Part shown: in pieces, positions 23,391-24,000 of the stretch
Position numbering within the stretch: position 1 is the stretch's first letter
How the letters are laid out: each line of letters starts with the position of its first letter
Assembly (NCBI GenBank): GCA_050749785.1
Contig: JBOGSA010000002.1
Coordinates: 37,447-61,446, forward strand
Source: Candidatus Micrarchaeales archaeon
GTDB taxonomy: Archaea; Micrarchaeota; Micrarchaeia; Micrarchaeales; CABMGC01
Direction of reading: 5' to 3'
Length of the DNA: 24,000 bases
Program-made: the position numbers and the translations under genes
Notes under the pieces: model-generated
Databases searched by the model: none
What the model saw: the letters and a program-made list of their open reading frames with translations, nothing else
Told to the model about the DNA's origin: nothing

Positions 23391-23406
23391 ATTTTCTGGC
23401 ATCAAC

Positions 23407-24000
23407 ATGGAATCAATAATACTATGCGGACTGCCAGCCTCGGGCAAGACAACAGTCGCGCAACTACTCGCAAAGGAGCTCAACTTCAAGATGGTTGGCG
23501 CAACCGACATCCTCAAGGAGATGGCAAAGGAAAGAGGATACAAGATGTCTGGCGCAGACTGGTGGGACACGCAGGACGGGATAAAGTTCCTTATGGAGCG
23601 AAAGAGCAATCCGGACTTTGACAAGGAGACCGACAGAAGGGTAATTCAGATAGTAAAGGAGGGCAATGTGGTCATAACAAGCTACACAGCTCCATGGATC
23701 TGTGACATAGGATTCAAGTGCTGGCTTTTGGCCTCTTTGGAGAAGAGATCGGAAAGGATGGCAAGACGTGACAGCATAGACCTCCAAGAGAGCATACAGG
23801 CCACAAAGCTAAGGGACAAGGAGAACAAGGAACTCTATAAAGAGCTCTATGGCTTTGACTTTGGCAAGGACCTAAAGCCCTTTGATCTGGTGATAAAGAC
23901 CGATGATAGGACAGCAAAGCAGGTCGCAGCGATAATACTGGAGAAATACAAGATTCACGCTAAGGTTAACCGAGTGAGCGGGAAATCCCACATGCTTTAG
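23407..24000 (+). CDS. cmk: Cytidylate kinase, archaeal type
   Basis: P-loop ILCGLPASGKTT with an archaeal cmk-like body (ERMARRDSIDLQESIQATKLRDKENKELYKELYGFD). ATG 23407. The stop coincides with the last bases of the window. Confidence 0.8.
   Translation: MESIILCGLPASGKTTVAQLLAKELNFKMVGATDILKEMAKERGYKMSGADWWDTQDGIKFLMERKSNPDFDKETDRRVIQIVKEGNVVITSYTAPWICDIGFKCWLLASLEKRSERMARRDSIDLQESIQATKLRDKENKELYKELYGFDFGKDLKPFDLVIKTDDRTAKQVAAIILEKYKIHAKVNRVSGKSHML

Noticed and set aside
1-24000. CRISPR arrays, tRNA, rRNA genes
   Set aside because: I saw no regularly spaced short direct repeats and no cloverleaf-compatible GC-rich segments in the few intergenic gaps (2510-2632, 5719-5874, 8493-8588, 11328-11489, 19297-19386, 20149-20243, 22962-23063). 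This was a visual scan only; tRNAscan-SE or Infernal would be decisive.

Overview
Dense archaeal chromosomal window, identified as archaeal by the exosome genes, histone, thermosome, AglB, archaeal-type adenylate kinase and TATA-like boxes 25-45 nt upstream of starts. All calls come from reading the sequence and ORF track and from motif recall; no searches were run.

Backbone, left side (1-8492): rrp4(partial)-rrp41-rrp42-rpl37ae-[unknown 119 aa]-rpoP superoperon, TrpRS, a small membrane protein, a GNAT acetyltransferase, a minus-strand histone / Zn-ribbon / PRC-barrel operon, thioredoxin, HisRS and an unknown 164-aa gene (called X here).

Backbone, right side (13807-24000): a geranylgeranyl-reductase-family flavoprotein (GGR), AglB oligosaccharyltransferase, a GT4 glycosyltransferase, a single-repeat half-size TBP, a helical orphan, thermosome, adkA, a DUF106/YidC-like membrane protein, rpl34e and cmk.

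Most interesting region (8232-14064): the convergent genes X and GGR are separated by two diverged, tandem copies of a compact ~2.3 kb six-gene cassette. Each copy has a small protein E, a divergently oriented double HTH+RAM Lrp/AsnC-like regulator R, and a translationally coupled operon. The operon encodes a classical C2HC zinc-finger protein A, two paralogous ~55-aa helical proteins B and C, and a stand-alone RAM-domain protein D.

Between the two cassettes lies a head-to-head fusion of a 258-bp GGR 3-prime fragment and a 261-bp X 3-prime fragment. Both fragments differ from the intact genes mainly by synonymous or conservative changes. I see no integrase, transposase, Rep, CRISPR, tRNA or rRNA.

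I read this as stacking of two alleles of an uncharacterised regulatory or accessory module by homology-driven (circle or unequal) recombination. Its function is unknown.
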